DNA of 64,000 nt from an uncultured virus (IMG/VR IMGVR_UViG_3300037488_001694) (taxonomy: Duplodnaviria; Heunggongvirae; Uroviricota; Caudoviricetes), in the IMG/VR virus record IMGVR_UViG_3300037488_001694. The stretch is one strand, 5' to 3'. Positions 1-11,118 of this stretch are shown here, one piece after another. The notes under the pieces were generated by a model, which was given only the letters and a program-made list of their open reading frames with translations, was not told where the DNA came from and made no database searches. Made by a program: the position numbers and the translations under genes. How positions within the stretch are numbered: position 1 is the first letter of the stretch; every line of letters starts with the position of its first letter.

Positions 1-2
1 AA

Positions 3-146
3 ATTAATAATCTTAAAAAAGAGGAGTCGGATTTAATTAACAGAACATATATGGTTGGATATATGGATAAAGAAAGTAACCGACGAATGAAAGGTAACTA
101 TTACAAGGAAACTTATGAACCATTTGTATTTTTAAGATCAGAATGA
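3..146 (+). CDS. hypothetical protein, 5'-truncated at window edge
   Basis: Open frame from the window edge to TGA at 144-146, overlapping the next ATG (ATGA). Confidence 0.6.
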   Translation: MNNLKKEESDLINRTYMVGYMDKESNRRMKGNYYKETYEPFVFLRSE

Positions 147-256
147 AAAAAATAATTATAATACTATTACTTATGATTACGATAGTTAGTTGTAAGTCAT
201 CAAAGAACACTAATTGTGATGCTTACGGATCTGTAAGTAAAACCACACAAAAGTAG
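143..256 (+). CDS. small lipoprotein (37 aa), not in ORF track
   Basis: MKKIIIILLLMITIVSC-KSSKNTNCDAY: basic N-terminus, hydrophobic stretch, lipobox Cys. Confidence 0.7.
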   Translation: MKKIIIILLLMITIVSCKSSKNTNCDAYGSVSKTTQK

Positions 257-277
257 TTCACTTTTCACTACTCAAAG

Positions 278-285
278 TATTTATA
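278..285 (+). promoter_or_regulatory. TATTTATA putative phage late-promoter motif (representative copy)
   Basis: 6 nt before ATG 292. The same motif recurs, strand-correctly, before dozens of genes. Confidence 0.6.
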
Positions 286-291
286 TACTGT

Positions 292-1893
292 ATGAGTAAT
301 GCCCATAATATTCCACCATTCTTTAGAAGAAGAATAGATCATCATAAATTTGAAAAAATGATGAGAGAGGGTATTATGTATATGTATTATGATTCCAAAA
401 GTTTAGAAGAGTTCAAATGGAAATTGGTCCAAGTGACTTTAGAAAACTATCTCCACTACAAATACGAAATTGATTTAGATACTGTACCTGAAGATGAGGT
501 GACTGATTTCATTAAATATATGATTGATGTTTATGATCCATTATTAAAAAGTTATTATTACAGTGCAAGAAAAGAAGGGAGAGGACCTGTTAATGAAGGT
601 GCTATGGATAATACCATACAGAAAATAATTGATTCTTCAATAAAAGAATTAGTTAATGTATGTGGTAATTTTGATAGTGAAGATTTTCCTGATTATATAT
701 CATTTGAGGCTTGTGAAAACATTGACCAAATTGATAAAATTACTGTAAAAAAAATCACACCCATTAAAAAATTAAGTAATATCCCAATGTTTGACGTTGA
801 GGTAGATATTGATTTTGTTAGTGCATCTGCTTGGGTGGACTTTGAGAATGAATTAGTAATGATTAGTGATCATATAAAAAACAAGTATAAAATTTTTCTT
901 GTCTTTACTGTGATGGAACAATGGAATGTTCATAAACGTCAAATGGAGAGTTCACTAAAACCACTCATTAAAAATGTTCTAAGAGAAGAGATGACAGATA
1001 TACAAATGTATATGTGGAAACTTAAACGTGATATTGAAGACAATTATTATAAAGTTACCAGAAAATTTGAAGATCCTTGGTTAAAAAAAACAGAAATTGA
1101 ATCCATATATTGGGATAACTTTGCGAAAATATTTGAAGTTGTTATAAAGAGTGATACCAATTGGGAATTAACTTGGTGGATCCAATTTGATGAAAACATG
1201 AAAATGGAAAGTGTTATAAAACACGAAACAAAAGATTGGGAATATAACATAAAAGATGTTGAAGAAATTGGTGGATTTGAGAACGATTCTAAAGACTTTT
1301 GGTCTGTTATTATATACATCTACCCATACGCTCAAAAATATATCATTAGAAGGAAAAAAGAAACAATAAATGAGAGTGAGGAAAACAAACTTAAAAGTTT
1401 CTTTTTTAAATTATGGGACTCTAAAAAAGAAACACCAACATTTGATTTAAAGACAATCAAAAAATTAGGATTATTAAAAAGAGAAGATGAGATCCGTGAT
1501 TATTATATAGAGTACATGGGTGGTCAAGAAGAGTTAGAAAGAAATATTAAAAACTATTTTGTTGGTCAAACTTTCACAACTCAGGATATTATGGATCAAC
1601 GTATAAATGTTGGTAATTATGATTTTGTTTTTAAAATGGTTGATATGTCATTTAACCAAACAGATATGTTAGGTAATGGAGACCTTGAACTTTATGCATC
1701 GTTTGATATTGTTGAAGGAAATGTAATTACGGCGACAGATGAAGAATATGATTTAATGGATCACGATTTAATTAATGATGATTTATGGTGGGAATTAGAT
1801 ATGGAGATTAAAGATATGGTACAAGATTTTATAAATAATATTGTTAGTTCTTTTGGTATTTATGTTAATCAAATATATTTAGAGTGGGGATAG
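292..1893 (+). CDS. multi-module acidic protein with internal tag (LKPLIKNVLREE) and x-N-E junctions
   Basis: 533-aa ORF. C-terminal module (ENKLKSFFFKLWD) is paralogous to the next gene (EDRLKNFFFKLWD). Confidence 0.85.
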   Translation: MSNAHNIPPFFRRRIDHHKFEKMMREGIMYMYYDSKSLEEFKWKLVQVTLENYLHYKYEIDLDTVPEDEVTDFIKYMIDVYDPLLKSYYYSARKEGRGPVNEGAMDNTIQKIIDSSIKELVNVCGNFDSEDFPDYISFEACENIDQIDKITVKKITPIKKLSNIPMFDVEVDIDFVSASAWVDFENELVMISDHIKNKYKIFLVFTVMEQWNVHKRQMESSLKPLIKNVLREEMTDIQMYMWKLKRDIEDNYYKVTRKFEDPWLKKTEIESIYWDNFAKIFEVVIKSDTNWELTWWIQFDENMKMESVIKHETKDWEYNIKDVEEIGGFENDSKDFWSVIIYIYPYAQKYIIRRKKETINESEENKLKSFFFKLWDSKKETPTFDLKTIKKLGLLKREDEIRDYYIEYMGGQEELERNIKNYFVGQTFTTQDIMDQRINVGNYDFVFKMVDMSFNQTDMLGNGDLELYASFDIVEGNVITATDEEYDLMDHDLINDDLWWELDMEIKDMVQDFINNIVSSFGIYVNQIYLEWG

Positions 1894-1894
1894 T

Positions 1895-2458
1895 ATGAAA
1901 AGTTTAATTAGAAAAATATTAAAAGAAGAAACGGAAGACAGGTTAAAAAACTTCTTCTTCAAATTATGGGACCAACAAAAGGGAAAACAAGGTGTTGCGT
2001 TCTATGATGAGGACCTTCTTAAAAAATTAGGTCTTTACGAACCAAAAGATAAAAGACATCGTATATGGGAATATTATGTTGATTACATGGGAGGTAAAGA
2101 AAATCAAACCAAAGAATTTATTAATTACTTAGAAAACACAATCTTTAATTCTTCTGATAGTGAAGAAATACAAGACAGAATATCTTTTGACTTTAAATTT
2201 GAACTTTTGAATGTTGATATTAATAACAGAAGAGAATTAAAAGGATCATTCTATGTTGTTGAAGGGGTATGGGATGATGTAGATACAGGAGAAACATATA
2301 GTATAGTTACAGGACAAAATGAAATTGATGATATGTCAACTTATTTTGAGATGCAATACGAAATAGGTGAAGGTATCAATGATTTTGTTACTAAAATTGG
2401 TAGAAAATTTGGATTAATGTTAAATTATGTTGATATTAGAGAATACAAAGTAAATTAA
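1895..2458 (+). CDS. tagged hypothetical protein (MKSLIRKILKEE)
   Basis: ORF with tag; paralog of the C-terminal module of 292..1893. Confidence 0.85.
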   Translation: MKSLIRKILKEETEDRLKNFFFKLWDQQKGKQGVAFYDEDLLKKLGLYEPKDKRHRIWEYYVDYMGGKENQTKEFINYLENTIFNSSDSEEIQDRISFDFKFELLNVDINNRRELKGSFYVVEGVWDDVDTGETYSIVTGQNEIDDMSTYFEMQYEIGEGINDFVTKIGRKFGLMLNYVDIREYKVN

Positions 2459-2775
2459 CAAAAATAACTGGATTCCATATCACATACAATTTTAATACCA
2501 CAATCGTGTAATTGAGGTTTGAATGTGGAACGAAACTTATGACCAATGTCTACAAGTTCATCAGTATAAATGGGATGTATGCTAGTTACTTTTATGGTTA
2601 CCATAGAATTACATTCATTAAAAATTATCTTATCGTCTATTCTTAGTGCGTATTTGAAAGACCTCATATTTCGTTCAGGATATTCAAGGATCATAGATTC
2701 AATAGAAATGATACGACCATCACTAACCATTTTAAGGAAAGATAGAAATGTTTTCTTTAAGTTCTCTGATATCAT
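2455..2775 (-). CDS. hypothetical protein
   Basis: 106-aa ORF coupled by ATGA overlap to 2772..3077. Confidence 0.7.
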   Translation of the reverse strand: MISENLKKTFLSFLKMVSDGRIISIESMILEYPERNMRSFKYALRIDDKIIFNECNSMVTIKVTSIHPIYTDELVDIGHKFRSTFKPQLHDCGIKIVCDMESSYFC

Positions 2776-3077
2776 TTCATTCCGTTTAATATTGCCTGAA
2801 TGATAGAGATGGATTCCTTATCCTTATCCGTTTTATGTTCTTTTTTCTTAAGGTAATCCAAAGAGTCAATAAGTTCTTGTTTTTTATCTTTTTTAATGGG
2901 TTGGTTACAGTAAGGACACGTTATTAAAGTTGGGTGGTATCTTTTACCGCAATAACATTGTTTTAATGGGGTATATTCAATTAATGGTTTGGCGTATACA
3001 ATATCCATTACTTGTTTTGTAATACTTTCCGATTTACACACGGACATAACGATCTGCTCAAATAATTCTTTTTCCAT
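2772..3077 (-). CDS. hypothetical protein with zinc-ribbon-like CxC...CxxC
   Basis: CYCG...CPYC; TATATTTG -7 element (3082-3089, minus strand) just upstream. Confidence 0.8.
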   Translation of the reverse strand: MEKELFEQIVMSVCKSESITKQVMDIVYAKPLIEYTPLKQCYCGKRYHPTLITCPYCNQPIKKDKKQELIDSLDYLKKKEHKTDKDKESISIIQAILNGMK

Positions 3078-3137
3078 TTAGCAAATATAGATATTGTTTT
3101 CTAAACAAACAAATATGTTTCCATATATTTATATTAG

Positions 3138-3509
3138 ATGAAAGATTTAATAAGAAAGATATTAAGGGAAGAGATTGAAAAAAATAAAGATTTAGAAAGG
3201 TATTTGAGCCCTTTAAAAAAATATATTGCGATAAGATCTTTACCTGATTTTGTTTGTTTTACTACTATTCTTAAAATCAAAACCGGAGACGCAATAATTG
3301 TACTATTTCATTATAATAGGTTAGTTAATAATGATTTTGAGGCAAAGATTAATTCTGAAATCAAAAAAGTTTTTAATACAGGTGGTATTCTTGTAACGGG
3401 TTTTTTTGGGAAGGAAACAAAATGTGAGGAAAATTTAGAAAGATTATTAAACGGTGATGAATATAATGAAAATTACTTTATTATTCCTAATAAAAATTAT
3501 AATCCATAA
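3138..3509 (+). CDS. tagged hypothetical protein (MKDLIRKILREE)
   Basis: Tag; TATTTATA at 3126-3133. Confidence 0.85.
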   Translation: MKDLIRKILREEIEKNKDLERYLSPLKKYIAIRSLPDFVCFTTILKIKTGDAIIVLFHYNRLVNNDFEAKINSEIKKVFNTGGILVTGFFGKETKCEENLERLLNGDEYNENYFIIPNKNYNP

Positions 3510-3512
3510 ATT

Positions 3513-5570
3513 TTGTCTACAGCGAGACCTTTTGCATATAATACAGGATCCACGATATCGGGGACAATACAAATTGGAGATTTGGCGGTTGGTTATCCGA
3601 TTACAGGGTTTACAGATAGTCCGCAATTTTGGAATGGTCCTGATGAAGATTTAGGATATGTAATTGCTTATCCACAACCAAATGGGTCACACCCAAATCC
3701 AGTTTCATTACCAGCATTTCTTGGATTTAAAAGGTCAAAATTTTTAACTGAAGAATCATTCATTACCATTGCTAATGATGTGGCTAATGGTGCAACAACA
3801 CCATTTACAAACGGTAATGACGCATCAATTTGGTTAACAAGTAACGGATATTGGAATTCATGGGTACCTATAAGTCCAACACCAACACCAACACCGACAT
3901 CTACACCTATCCCAATATATGTGCCAACTTGTTCACTCATATTTAATTCCAATACAGGTGGGATATATGCTTATAACTCATCAGGTAACACGAGTATTTT
4001 ATTATATGAATCAGGGATTATAAGTGGCGACATTGCAAATACACAAACTAAATTGTGGATATATGAATCAGTTATATATGAATATGATATTACATTAAGT
4101 CCTTGGTCTATAACTTTTAATAGATCAATTAGTTTATCGGTAGGATTAGGTGCTGGTTTGGGAGCAATAAATAACACAACTTTAATTAGTACTGATGGTG
4201 GATCAAATATTATTACATTAGATATAACAACATCTGCGGCAACAACAACGGTTATTGGAAGTTTACCACCAAGTAGAGTTGTTTCAGGGGACATTCTACA
4301 AACAACAACAACACCTCCAAAAATAATTGTAACAAATCAGGGTGATGATGGTTATTTCTTATCTCAATATGTTGTGGATGGAGGACTTGCAGTATTTGAA
4401 ACTGAGGTTAATATAGGTGCATATTCAACGGTTGCTTGGGGGTTATATGAGGATAATAGTCAATTGTATTTTGTTAATGGATTTGGTGGTCAAATATTTA
4501 ATGTTGGTTTAACGTCTCCATATACCATTACCGCAACAAGTGGAAACACAACCTATCCAGTATATGGTGCATCTCAAATACCAAGTTGTTTAGATGTAAG
4601 TTTAATTTTACCAACTCCAACTCCAACACAAACTCCAACTAATACACCAACACCTACGGTAACTCCGACTAATACTATTACTCCAACCAATACACAAACA
4701 CCTACGGTTACACCTACGGTAACACCTACTAATACGTTAACTCCAACCAACACTCAAACACCTACGGTAACGCCGACTAACACTATTACTCCAAGTAATA
4801 CGGTAACTCCAACAATTACGCAAACTCCAACAGTAACTCAAACATTAACAAAAACACCAACACCATCACCATCTTCGGGTGGTGGAGGAATTGTAACTGA
4901 TAGTTTATTTATGGAATTGGACGCAAGCAACTATACTAGTGGAACTTGGTCCGATGAGACAGGTAATGGTAATAATGCAACAATTAATGGTGCAACTTGG
5001 TCCTCAACTAATGGGGGTATTTTTGATTTAGATGGTGTTAACGATAATATTAGTATACCACATACCAGTAACCTTAGTTTAAATACAACAACACAAAGAA
5101 CTATACAGGTATGGGTTAAATTTGATGCTTTACCAGCGTTAAATGCTCAAATTCCGGTGTTTGGTAAATTATCAAGTGCTTCAGGGTTTGACGGGTATTG
5201 GGGTGGGTTATATTCTAATGCGGGTAAAACAAGAGTTGTGACAAATGGGACATCAATTCAAAAAATAACTGATTCAACCACAAATCCGATATCAATAGAT
5301 ACTTGGTATTTATATACTTTTATTTCTCAAATAACATCAACATCAAATACAACAAAAGTTTATATAAATACAACTGAGATTTCTTCAACTCAACATGGTT
5401 CAGATAGTTACGGCGAAACTAATCCTCTTTATTTAGGGTTTATTGGTAGTGGTGTTGGGTCATCATATTTAAATGGTAAAATAGGTGCTTGTTATTTTTA
5501 CACTAAAGGATTAACTTCTGGTGAAGTAACAACTAACTTCAACGCGACTAAATCAAAATACGGATTATAA
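3513..5570 (+). CDS. putative virion-surface/adhesin protein with Pro-Thr linkers and C-terminal LamG/concanavalin-like domain
   Basis: PT repeats; C-terminal [12 protein letters not shown]...FDLDG...TIQVWVK...NGKIG pattern typical of LamG-like lectin domains. TTG start uncertain. Confidence 0.75.
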   Translation: MSTARPFAYNTGSTISGTIQIGDLAVGYPITGFTDSPQFWNGPDEDLGYVIAYPQPNGSHPNPVSLPAFLGFKRSKFLTEESFITIANDVANGATTPFTNGNDASIWLTSNGYWNSWVPISPTPTPTPTSTPIPIYVPTCSLIFNSNTGGIYAYNSSGNTSILLYESGIISGDIANTQTKLWIYESVIYEYDITLSPWSITFNRSISLSVGLGAGLGAINNTTLISTDGGSNIITLDITTSAATTTVIGSLPPSRVVSGDILQTTTTPPKIIVTNQGDDGYFLSQYVVDGGLAVFETEVNIGAYSTVAWGLYEDNSQLYFVNGFGGQIFNVGLTSPYTITATSGNTTYPVYGASQIPSCLDVSLILPTPTPTQTPTNTPTPTVTPTNTITPTNTQTPTVTPTVTPTNTLTPTNTQTPTVTPTNTITPSNTVTPTITQTPTVTQTLTKTPTPSPSSGGGGIVTDSLFMELDASNYTSGTWSDETGNGNNATINGATWSSTNGGIFDLDGVNDNISIPHTSNLSLNTTTQRTIQVWVKFDALPALNAQIPVFGKLSSASGFDGYWGGLYSNAGKTRVVTNGTSIQKITDSTTNPISIDTWYLYTFISQITSTSNTTKVYINTTEISSTQHGSDSYGETNPLYLGFIGSGVGSSYLNGKIGACYFYTKGLTSGEVTTNFNATKSKYGL
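4611..4872 (+). repeat. coding Pro-Thr low-complexity repeat
   Basis: (PTPT/TPTNT/TPTVT)n within 3513..5570. Confidence 0.9.
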
Positions 5571-5594
5571 TTAAAGTTATAATATTTATAGATA

Positions 5595-6824
5595 GTGAAA
5601 GAATTAATTAAACATATATTAAGAGAAGAGACCAAAGATTATAGATCAGGAATACTTGATATTATAAATAAGAAGGGATTATTTGCTGGTGCCAAAACAG
5701 TCGGTGGGATTAATAATTTAAAAAAAGTATTCAAAGATAACGATGAAATTATTAATAGGATTGAAAGACAAAAAGGATTACTTGAAGTCCGATATCATCC
5801 TAATGAGGAAGTTGCCATTAGGTTCGTATTACCATTTAAAATTATAGGACAAAAAAATAATGTGTGGAATACAAATAATTGGGGGGTTGTGAATCTTATA
5901 TATGATGAAAGTAAGTTAACTGAAGAAGAAAATAAAATATTTAAATTTTTTTTAGTTGATGCTATTGATCATGATGGTGTGTCAGAAGTAGTGGCGAATG
6001 AAAGTAATGAGTTTAGAGATTTATCTTATGTTTCATTAAGTGAAATTAATGGTGTTCCCACTAAAAAAATTGGGGATCCTGAAGGGAAATATCCGTATGA
6101 AAGAGTGGGGGAAATCATTTCAAAAGTACAAGATAAAACAAATATAAATGAAAGTCGTAACTCCGCATTAAATTTCTTAAAAAGAAGAGTTAGTTATGAT
6201 GAGATAAATGAAGCCATAAACAGATCAATTAGATTTGTGAATGGATTTAGGGATAGAGAAGAAATGGACGGTAATACATTTGAACGTATTGTTTTAGATG
6301 CCACAATGGATGATTTCCATTCAATTCTATCAGATGGTGGTTCTGTTAATTTTGATTATGATGGTATTCATAATGGATTACATCAATTATTCCACGATTA
6401 TATTATGGATAAGTATGTTGAATACAATAATGAAAATGATATTTTAATGGAGGAAATAACATTAAGAAGAACAGGTGAAACATTTGAAGGCCTACCAAAA
6501 AAAGATCAAATGAATGTGAAGTTAGTATATAATTTTTTGATGGCTAATCATCTTACATTAACGGAGATATTAAAAGATTATATTCTTCACGTTGATGAAG
6601 ATGCTGATGAAATAGCGTATATGATATCAAAAAGAGATGGTGAGGTTCATATTGATCATAATTTTAAGGATAAGTTAATAAAATTAATAAAAGACGAAGG
6701 ATATAGAGATGATCTTGTTGAGATGGCGTCATATATATACTTAGATAAACATTTACCTAAAGAAATCAAATTCAATAGTGATCAAAGATTAAGAGGTGGA
6801 CATATAGTGATTTACCGACATTAA
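5595..6824 (+). CDS. tagged multi-module hypothetical protein (GTG start)
   Basis: MKELIKHILREE tag; internal INE and LMEE junctions; TATTTATA at 5583-5590. Confidence 0.85.
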   Translation: MKELIKHILREETKDYRSGILDIINKKGLFAGAKTVGGINNLKKVFKDNDEIINRIERQKGLLEVRYHPNEEVAIRFVLPFKIIGQKNNVWNTNNWGVVNLIYDESKLTEEENKIFKFFLVDAIDHDGVSEVVANESNEFRDLSYVSLSEINGVPTKKIGDPEGKYPYERVGEIISKVQDKTNINESRNSALNFLKRRVSYDEINEAINRSIRFVNGFRDREEMDGNTFERIVLDATMDDFHSILSDGGSVNFDYDGIHNGLHQLFHDYIMDKYVEYNNENDILMEEITLRRTGETFEGLPKKDQMNVKLVYNFLMANHLTLTEILKDYILHVDEDADEIAYMISKRDGEVHIDHNFKDKLIKLIKDEGYRDDLVEMASYIYLDKHLPKEIKFNSDQRLRGGHIVIYRH

Positions 6825-6825
6825 A

Positions 6826-7494
6826 ATGAACTTAAAAGAAAACATAAAAAGAATATTAAAGGAAGAAACATCTTTACAATCAAAACTTCAAAGTATGATT
6901 GACACCAAAGGTATTGATATTGCATCAACTGCGGTTGGTGGAATGAAAAATGTTGCTAAGATATTAAATCTTGATTTAAATGATGTAGATACTCAATCAA
7001 TGTTAGTTAAAAATTTTATTGAGAACACTAAGGTTGATGAGATTGATGTTCAATTTGTTGATGTTAGACCATCTGCGAGTGGGAAGATTCTTACCGTTAA
7101 TTTTAAAACTGATGATACTGCGGCAAATGTTGCAAGTTGGTATGTACGTGAGATATGTGAATATCTTAATAAAGAATTATTTCCTTTTAGCGTACAACCA
7201 TCATGGAATCCTGTTTTTGCGTCAGGTGGATGTAAAATATTTTTAGATGCTAACGTCATTAGTGATGAAGAAGAACTAACTGAAAAATGGTCAGAGAAAT
7301 ATAAAAGATCCATCAACTGTAATAATCCAAAAGGGTTTAGTCAGAAGGCTCATTGTGATGGCAAACGTAAAAAGAATGAGATTGATGAGTACGCAAGAAC
7401 ATTAAAAAATGCAAGACAGCAAGGTGCGGGATTAAGATTCTCAAAATCGGCAATTAATACTAACCCGATGAGGTTTAGACCATACAATAGATAA
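6826..7494 (+). CDS. tagged protein with appended basic Cys peptide (KWSEKYKRSINCNNPKGFSQKAHC)
   Basis: MNLKENIKRILKEE tag; the peptide follows an L-T-E junction. Confidence 0.85.
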   Translation: MNLKENIKRILKEETSLQSKLQSMIDTKGIDIASTAVGGMKNVAKILNLDLNDVDTQSMLVKNFIENTKVDEIDVQFVDVRPSASGKILTVNFKTDDTAANVASWYVREICEYLNKELFPFSVQPSWNPVFASGGCKIFLDANVISDEEELTEKWSEKYKRSINCNNPKGFSQKAHCDGKRKKNEIDEYARTLKNARQQGAGLRFSKSAINTNPMRFRPYNR

Positions 7495-7500
7495 ATTAAT

Positions 7501-7965
7501 ATGAAAAAGAAAATAAGATTAACGGAAACAGAACTTATTGGGATTATAACGGAGATCCAGAATAATCTGAGTTTAAGAAGGAGATTCGGTCAAGATTTAG
7601 ATGATCTTGAGATTAGAAAAGTCATACGTGTTGTTATGAACGACAAATATCTTGAAGATTATGTTCATTATGATAGTTTTGTTGATGATGTTGTTTCTGA
7701 TGTGACGGATTATTTTTTTGATGAGAACAATATTATGGTTGGTGATGATAATAATTATTCTTTACATCGTGAATTTTATGATTACATAAAAGATGAATAT
7801 GAAAGTATGATCGTTAAATATTATAGGAATAATACTGAAGAAGATGAGGACGAACTGTACGAAAATACTGAATTAACAGAAAGATGTTGGAAAGGATACA
7901 CTCAGAAGGGAATGAAAACTATGTTTGGTAAAAGATATCCAAATTGTGTAAAAATAAAGAAATAA
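7501..7965 (+). CDS. tagged acidic protein with appended basic peptide (RCWKGYTQKGMKTMFGKRYPNCVK)
   Basis: MKKKIRLTETEL tag; the peptide follows L-T-E. Confidence 0.85.
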   Translation: MKKKIRLTETELIGIITEIQNNLSLRRRFGQDLDDLEIRKVIRVVMNDKYLEDYVHYDSFVDDVVSDVTDYFFDENNIMVGDDNNYSLHREFYDYIKDEYESMIVKYYRNNTEEDEDELYENTELTERCWKGYTQKGMKTMFGKRYPNCVKIKK

Positions 7966-7966
7966 T

Positions 7967-8743
7967 ATGAACTTACAAGAAAACATACAAAGGATTAGAG
8001 AAATGATGATCTCGGAAGAGATGGTCCAATCTGATGCTTGGAAAGCCGTAAAGGATACATTAGATGTTCTTAAAAAGAAGAAAAAAGTATTATTGTTGAG
8101 TTGTTCTAACAGATACAATTGGGATGATAAGAATATAGACATCCCAAAGTCAAAGATGATTGCGATGTACCTCAACGATGAGTTGGGAGATAAATCTGTT
8201 TTAATTGATGTTCCTGAATTAAAAATATTACCTTGTGAAGGTAATGTTTCAAGAAAAGATGGGAACACTTGTGGTATATTAAAGGCAAAACTTAAAGACA
8301 AAGATAAGAATCCATCGGGAGATCACAGATGTTGGGTTAATATTAATGAAAAATCAGATGAGTTATGGAAGATATCCAAAGAGTTATTTGAATCTGATGT
8401 TGTTATATTTTTTAGTTCTGTAAGATGGGGTCAGGCAAATATGTACTATCAAAATTTAATTGAGAGATTGACATGGATACAGAATAGACATTCAACATTA
8501 GGTGAGTCAAATTTAGTTAAGGACATTGAGTCAGGTTTTATTTGTGTTGGTCAAAATTGGAACGGTGAAAACGTAACGGAAACACAAAAGAAAGTACACG
8601 AGTTTTACGGGTTCAAACCAAACGATAAATTTTATTGGAACTGGCAATATACAAAAAATGTTCACGACGAATCATTAAAGTCATATAAGTCGGCGTATAA
8701 TAAATTCATAAAGGATACCAAAATACCTGAAGATCTAAAGTAA
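7967..8743 (+). CDS. tagged flavodoxin-like / NADPH-dependent FMN reductase (iron-sulfur flavoprotein-like)
   Basis: VLLLSCSNR, PCEG...C...C, DVVIFFSSVRWG, LIERL motifs. Confidence 0.75.
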   Translation: MNLQENIQRIREMMISEEMVQSDAWKAVKDTLDVLKKKKKVLLLSCSNRYNWDDKNIDIPKSKMIAMYLNDELGDKSVLIDVPELKILPCEGNVSRKDGNTCGILKAKLKDKDKNPSGDHRCWVNINEKSDELWKISKELFESDVVIFFSSVRWGQANMYYQNLIERLTWIQNRHSTLGESNLVKDIESGFICVGQNWNGENVTETQKKVHEFYGFKPNDKFYWNWQYTKNVHDESLKSYKSAYNKFIKDTKIPEDLK

Positions 8744-8744
8744 T

Positions 8745-9674
8745 ATGAACCTACGAGAAAACATAAAACAAAATAGGCAACCCATAAAAATATATGTTGA
8801 TATGGGTGGTGTTCTTTTTCCATCTTCATCAAATGATGAGGTACAAATAGGTACAAATGAAAAACCTAAAAGTGTAAAAGGATTTCAAAGTTGGGTGGTT
8901 AATACCAAAAGAGACAATCAAATTCTTGGTAGATATGGTGTTGATGGTAAGTGGGGTAAAAATACATCAAATGCTTGGGTAAAGTATGGTGAAGAATATA
9001 AAAGATCGTATCCAAATTCAACAACTCAATCGGCAAGTCAATCCAATTTTATTGGTGCTAATTTATGGAATAATATTAAACAATACAACCCAACTATATT
9101 ATCTTCAGTTGGGACAACAAACGTACAACAAAAAATTAAAAACAAAATAAACCAAGTTAATAATGTTTTGGGGTTACCAAGTGATAAAGCAATCTTTGTT
9201 ACAAGTGGTAGAGATAAGTCAGAATATGCTAATGGTAACATTCTTATTGATGATTCAAATGACAATATAAAAAATTGGATAAATGCGGGGGGTTTTGGTA
9301 TTTTACATCAAAATGATCAGAGTACTCTTGATGAGTTAAATAGAATTTTAAATAAAACTAACTTACAAGAATCCATAAGAAGAGTATTGAGGGAAGAGAT
9401 TAGTAAATCAAAATTCTTTCATAGAAGAATTGATTTAGATGAGGTTAATAAGTTACTCCCTATTAACTCACTACAAGTATTTTATGAGACTAAAAGTTAT
9501 GATCAGTTTAAATATGAATTAACTTTAAGAGCGGTGGAATCAATTATGTATAATGAATATGGAATCGGGTGGGAAGATTTACCTGAACAAGAGGAAATAT
9601 CATTTGTAACAGAAGTCTCAAATATGTTTGAGGACAAAATTATGTCATTATATAATTACTATAATAAAAGATAA
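8745..9674 (+). CDS. tagged HAD-family 5'(3')-nucleotidase-like protein with inserted peptidoglycan-binding-like segment and C-terminal second module
   Basis: IYVDMGGVL, ILSS, K, ILIDD...N...W...GG.GILH; insertion VDGKWGKNT; internal tag LQESIRRVLREE. Confidence 0.75.
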   Translation: MNLRENIKQNRQPIKIYVDMGGVLFPSSSNDEVQIGTNEKPKSVKGFQSWVVNTKRDNQILGRYGVDGKWGKNTSNAWVKYGEEYKRSYPNSTTQSASQSNFIGANLWNNIKQYNPTILSSVGTTNVQQKIKNKINQVNNVLGLPSDKAIFVTSGRDKSEYANGNILIDDSNDNIKNWINAGGFGILHQNDQSTLDELNRILNKTNLQESIRRVLREEISKSKFFHRRIDLDEVNKLLPINSLQVFYETKSYDQFKYELTLRAVESIMYNEYGIGWEDLPEQEEISFVTEVSNMFEDKIMSLYNYYNKR

Positions 9675-10342
9675 TGAACCTACAAGAAAACATACAGAGA
9701 ATTAAACAAATGATGGGACTTCTTACAGAAGAAGAACAACCATACGAAAGTAAACCAATTGTGTTTATTGGAACTGCGGGTGCTGGTAAATCCACAACCG
9801 CAAAAAAAGTTGCAGAATCATTAGGTATCGAATACATTGATGTTGATGAAAGACAAGGAAGTGAAGAATACGAAAATTTATGTAAAGATGAGCCAGGTGT
9901 TGAAGTAAGTATAACGAGAACGGCTGATGGGCATCAATACGGTAATTCAAATGGTGAGTACAAAAGATGTGTGTTAAATAAATTAATACAGAAATATAGT
10001 AATTCAAAAGTAGTATTAGATATTGGTGCAGGAACCGAAGAAGGTTATGATTTATTGACTGATTTACCAAATTTATTTGTTTTAGGTGTCCCAACAAATC
10101 CTGATGATGACCAACCATATCTTGACTTCTTAAAACAAAGTAGAATTGATAGAGCAATCAAAATGGGGGACCAAGATTTGATTGATGACGAAACAAATAT
10201 GGACTCATCCAATATCCAACAATCAATATCGAATATCAGAAAATATTATGAAGGCAAACAATTTATTTCCGTTTTAAATGATGAAGGTGATAGAAAAACA
10301 CCTGAGGAATTAACTCAAGAAATTATATTCAAACTTACATAA
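9674..10342 (+). CDS. tagged P-loop kinase (shikimate/NMP-kinase-like)
   Basis: IVFIGTAGAGKST Walker A, YIDVDE, VVLDIGAG. Confidence 0.8.
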   Translation: MNLQENIQRIKQMMGLLTEEEQPYESKPIVFIGTAGAGKSTTAKKVAESLGIEYIDVDERQGSEEYENLCKDEPGVEVSITRTADGHQYGNSNGEYKRCVLNKLIQKYSNSKVVLDIGAGTEEGYDLLTDLPNLFVLGVPTNPDDDQPYLDFLKQSRIDRAIKMGDQDLIDDETNMDSSNIQQSISNIRKYYEGKQFISVLNDEGDRKTPEELTQEIIFKLT

Positions 10343-11118
10343 TGAACCTACAAGAGAACATACAAAGAATCAGAAAAATGATGGGACTTCTTACTGAAGT
10401 TACTAACCCATATAAAGTTGAATGGTTAGAACCTACGCAAGAATACTTTACACAAGAGTTAAGTGAATTGTTAGGTAATGAGATGAGGTTTTCAAAAGGT
10501 GAATTCTTTCACCCCAATAACTACGACCAAATGTATTCATTATTTCCACACACATTCAAAATGATTGCAGAACACTCCAAAGGGGAAGAGATAGAAAGTG
10601 AGGAAGAAATCAAGGAGATATTAATAGATAAAGAAGTTAATGAATTAATGGATGATTGGGGTGATTTCAGACATATTTTAATGAAAGATACTAAATCACA
10701 AAAAGAAGGGTTTAATTTTTTCAACAAAGGTGAAATGAAACTTTGGAAAGGAACAGAACCCGAAACAGGAGAATACATTGATAATACAGATAAAACTTTC
10801 TATATGGGAAAACTTGGAAAGTTTATGGAATGGGACCCCGATTATACAGATACTACAACAGGTGGGTTTACAAAACAATATAAAGATTCTGAATACAAAG
10901 ACCAACTTGGTGGATATATTGGAAATATAGAACAGCAAAAAGAATTTGCAAGAGAAGGTAAGGTTAGACAGTTGCCGGCACCATTTGTTATAAAACTCAA
11001 TACTAATGAAAGAGAAGGTAATGAGTATATTTTAATTGGTGGTCATAAAAGAAGTTCAATCGCATTACAAATGGGTATTGAACCAATAAAAGTTTGGTTA
11101 ATAGATTTAACAATATGA
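10342..11118 (+). CDS. tagged protein with C-terminal ParB/Srx-like motif
   Basis: LPAPFVI...YILIGGHKR motif. Confidence 0.65.
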   Translation: MNLQENIQRIRKMMGLLTEVTNPYKVEWLEPTQEYFTQELSELLGNEMRFSKGEFFHPNNYDQMYSLFPHTFKMIAEHSKGEEIESEEEIKEILIDKEVNELMDDWGDFRHILMKDTKSQKEGFNFFNKGEMKLWKGTEPETGEYIDNTDKTFYMGKLGKFMEWDPDYTDTTTGGFTKQYKDSEYKDQLGGYIGNIEQQKEFAREGKVRQLPAPFVIKLNTNEREGNEYILIGGHKRSSIALQMGIEPIKVWLIDLTI

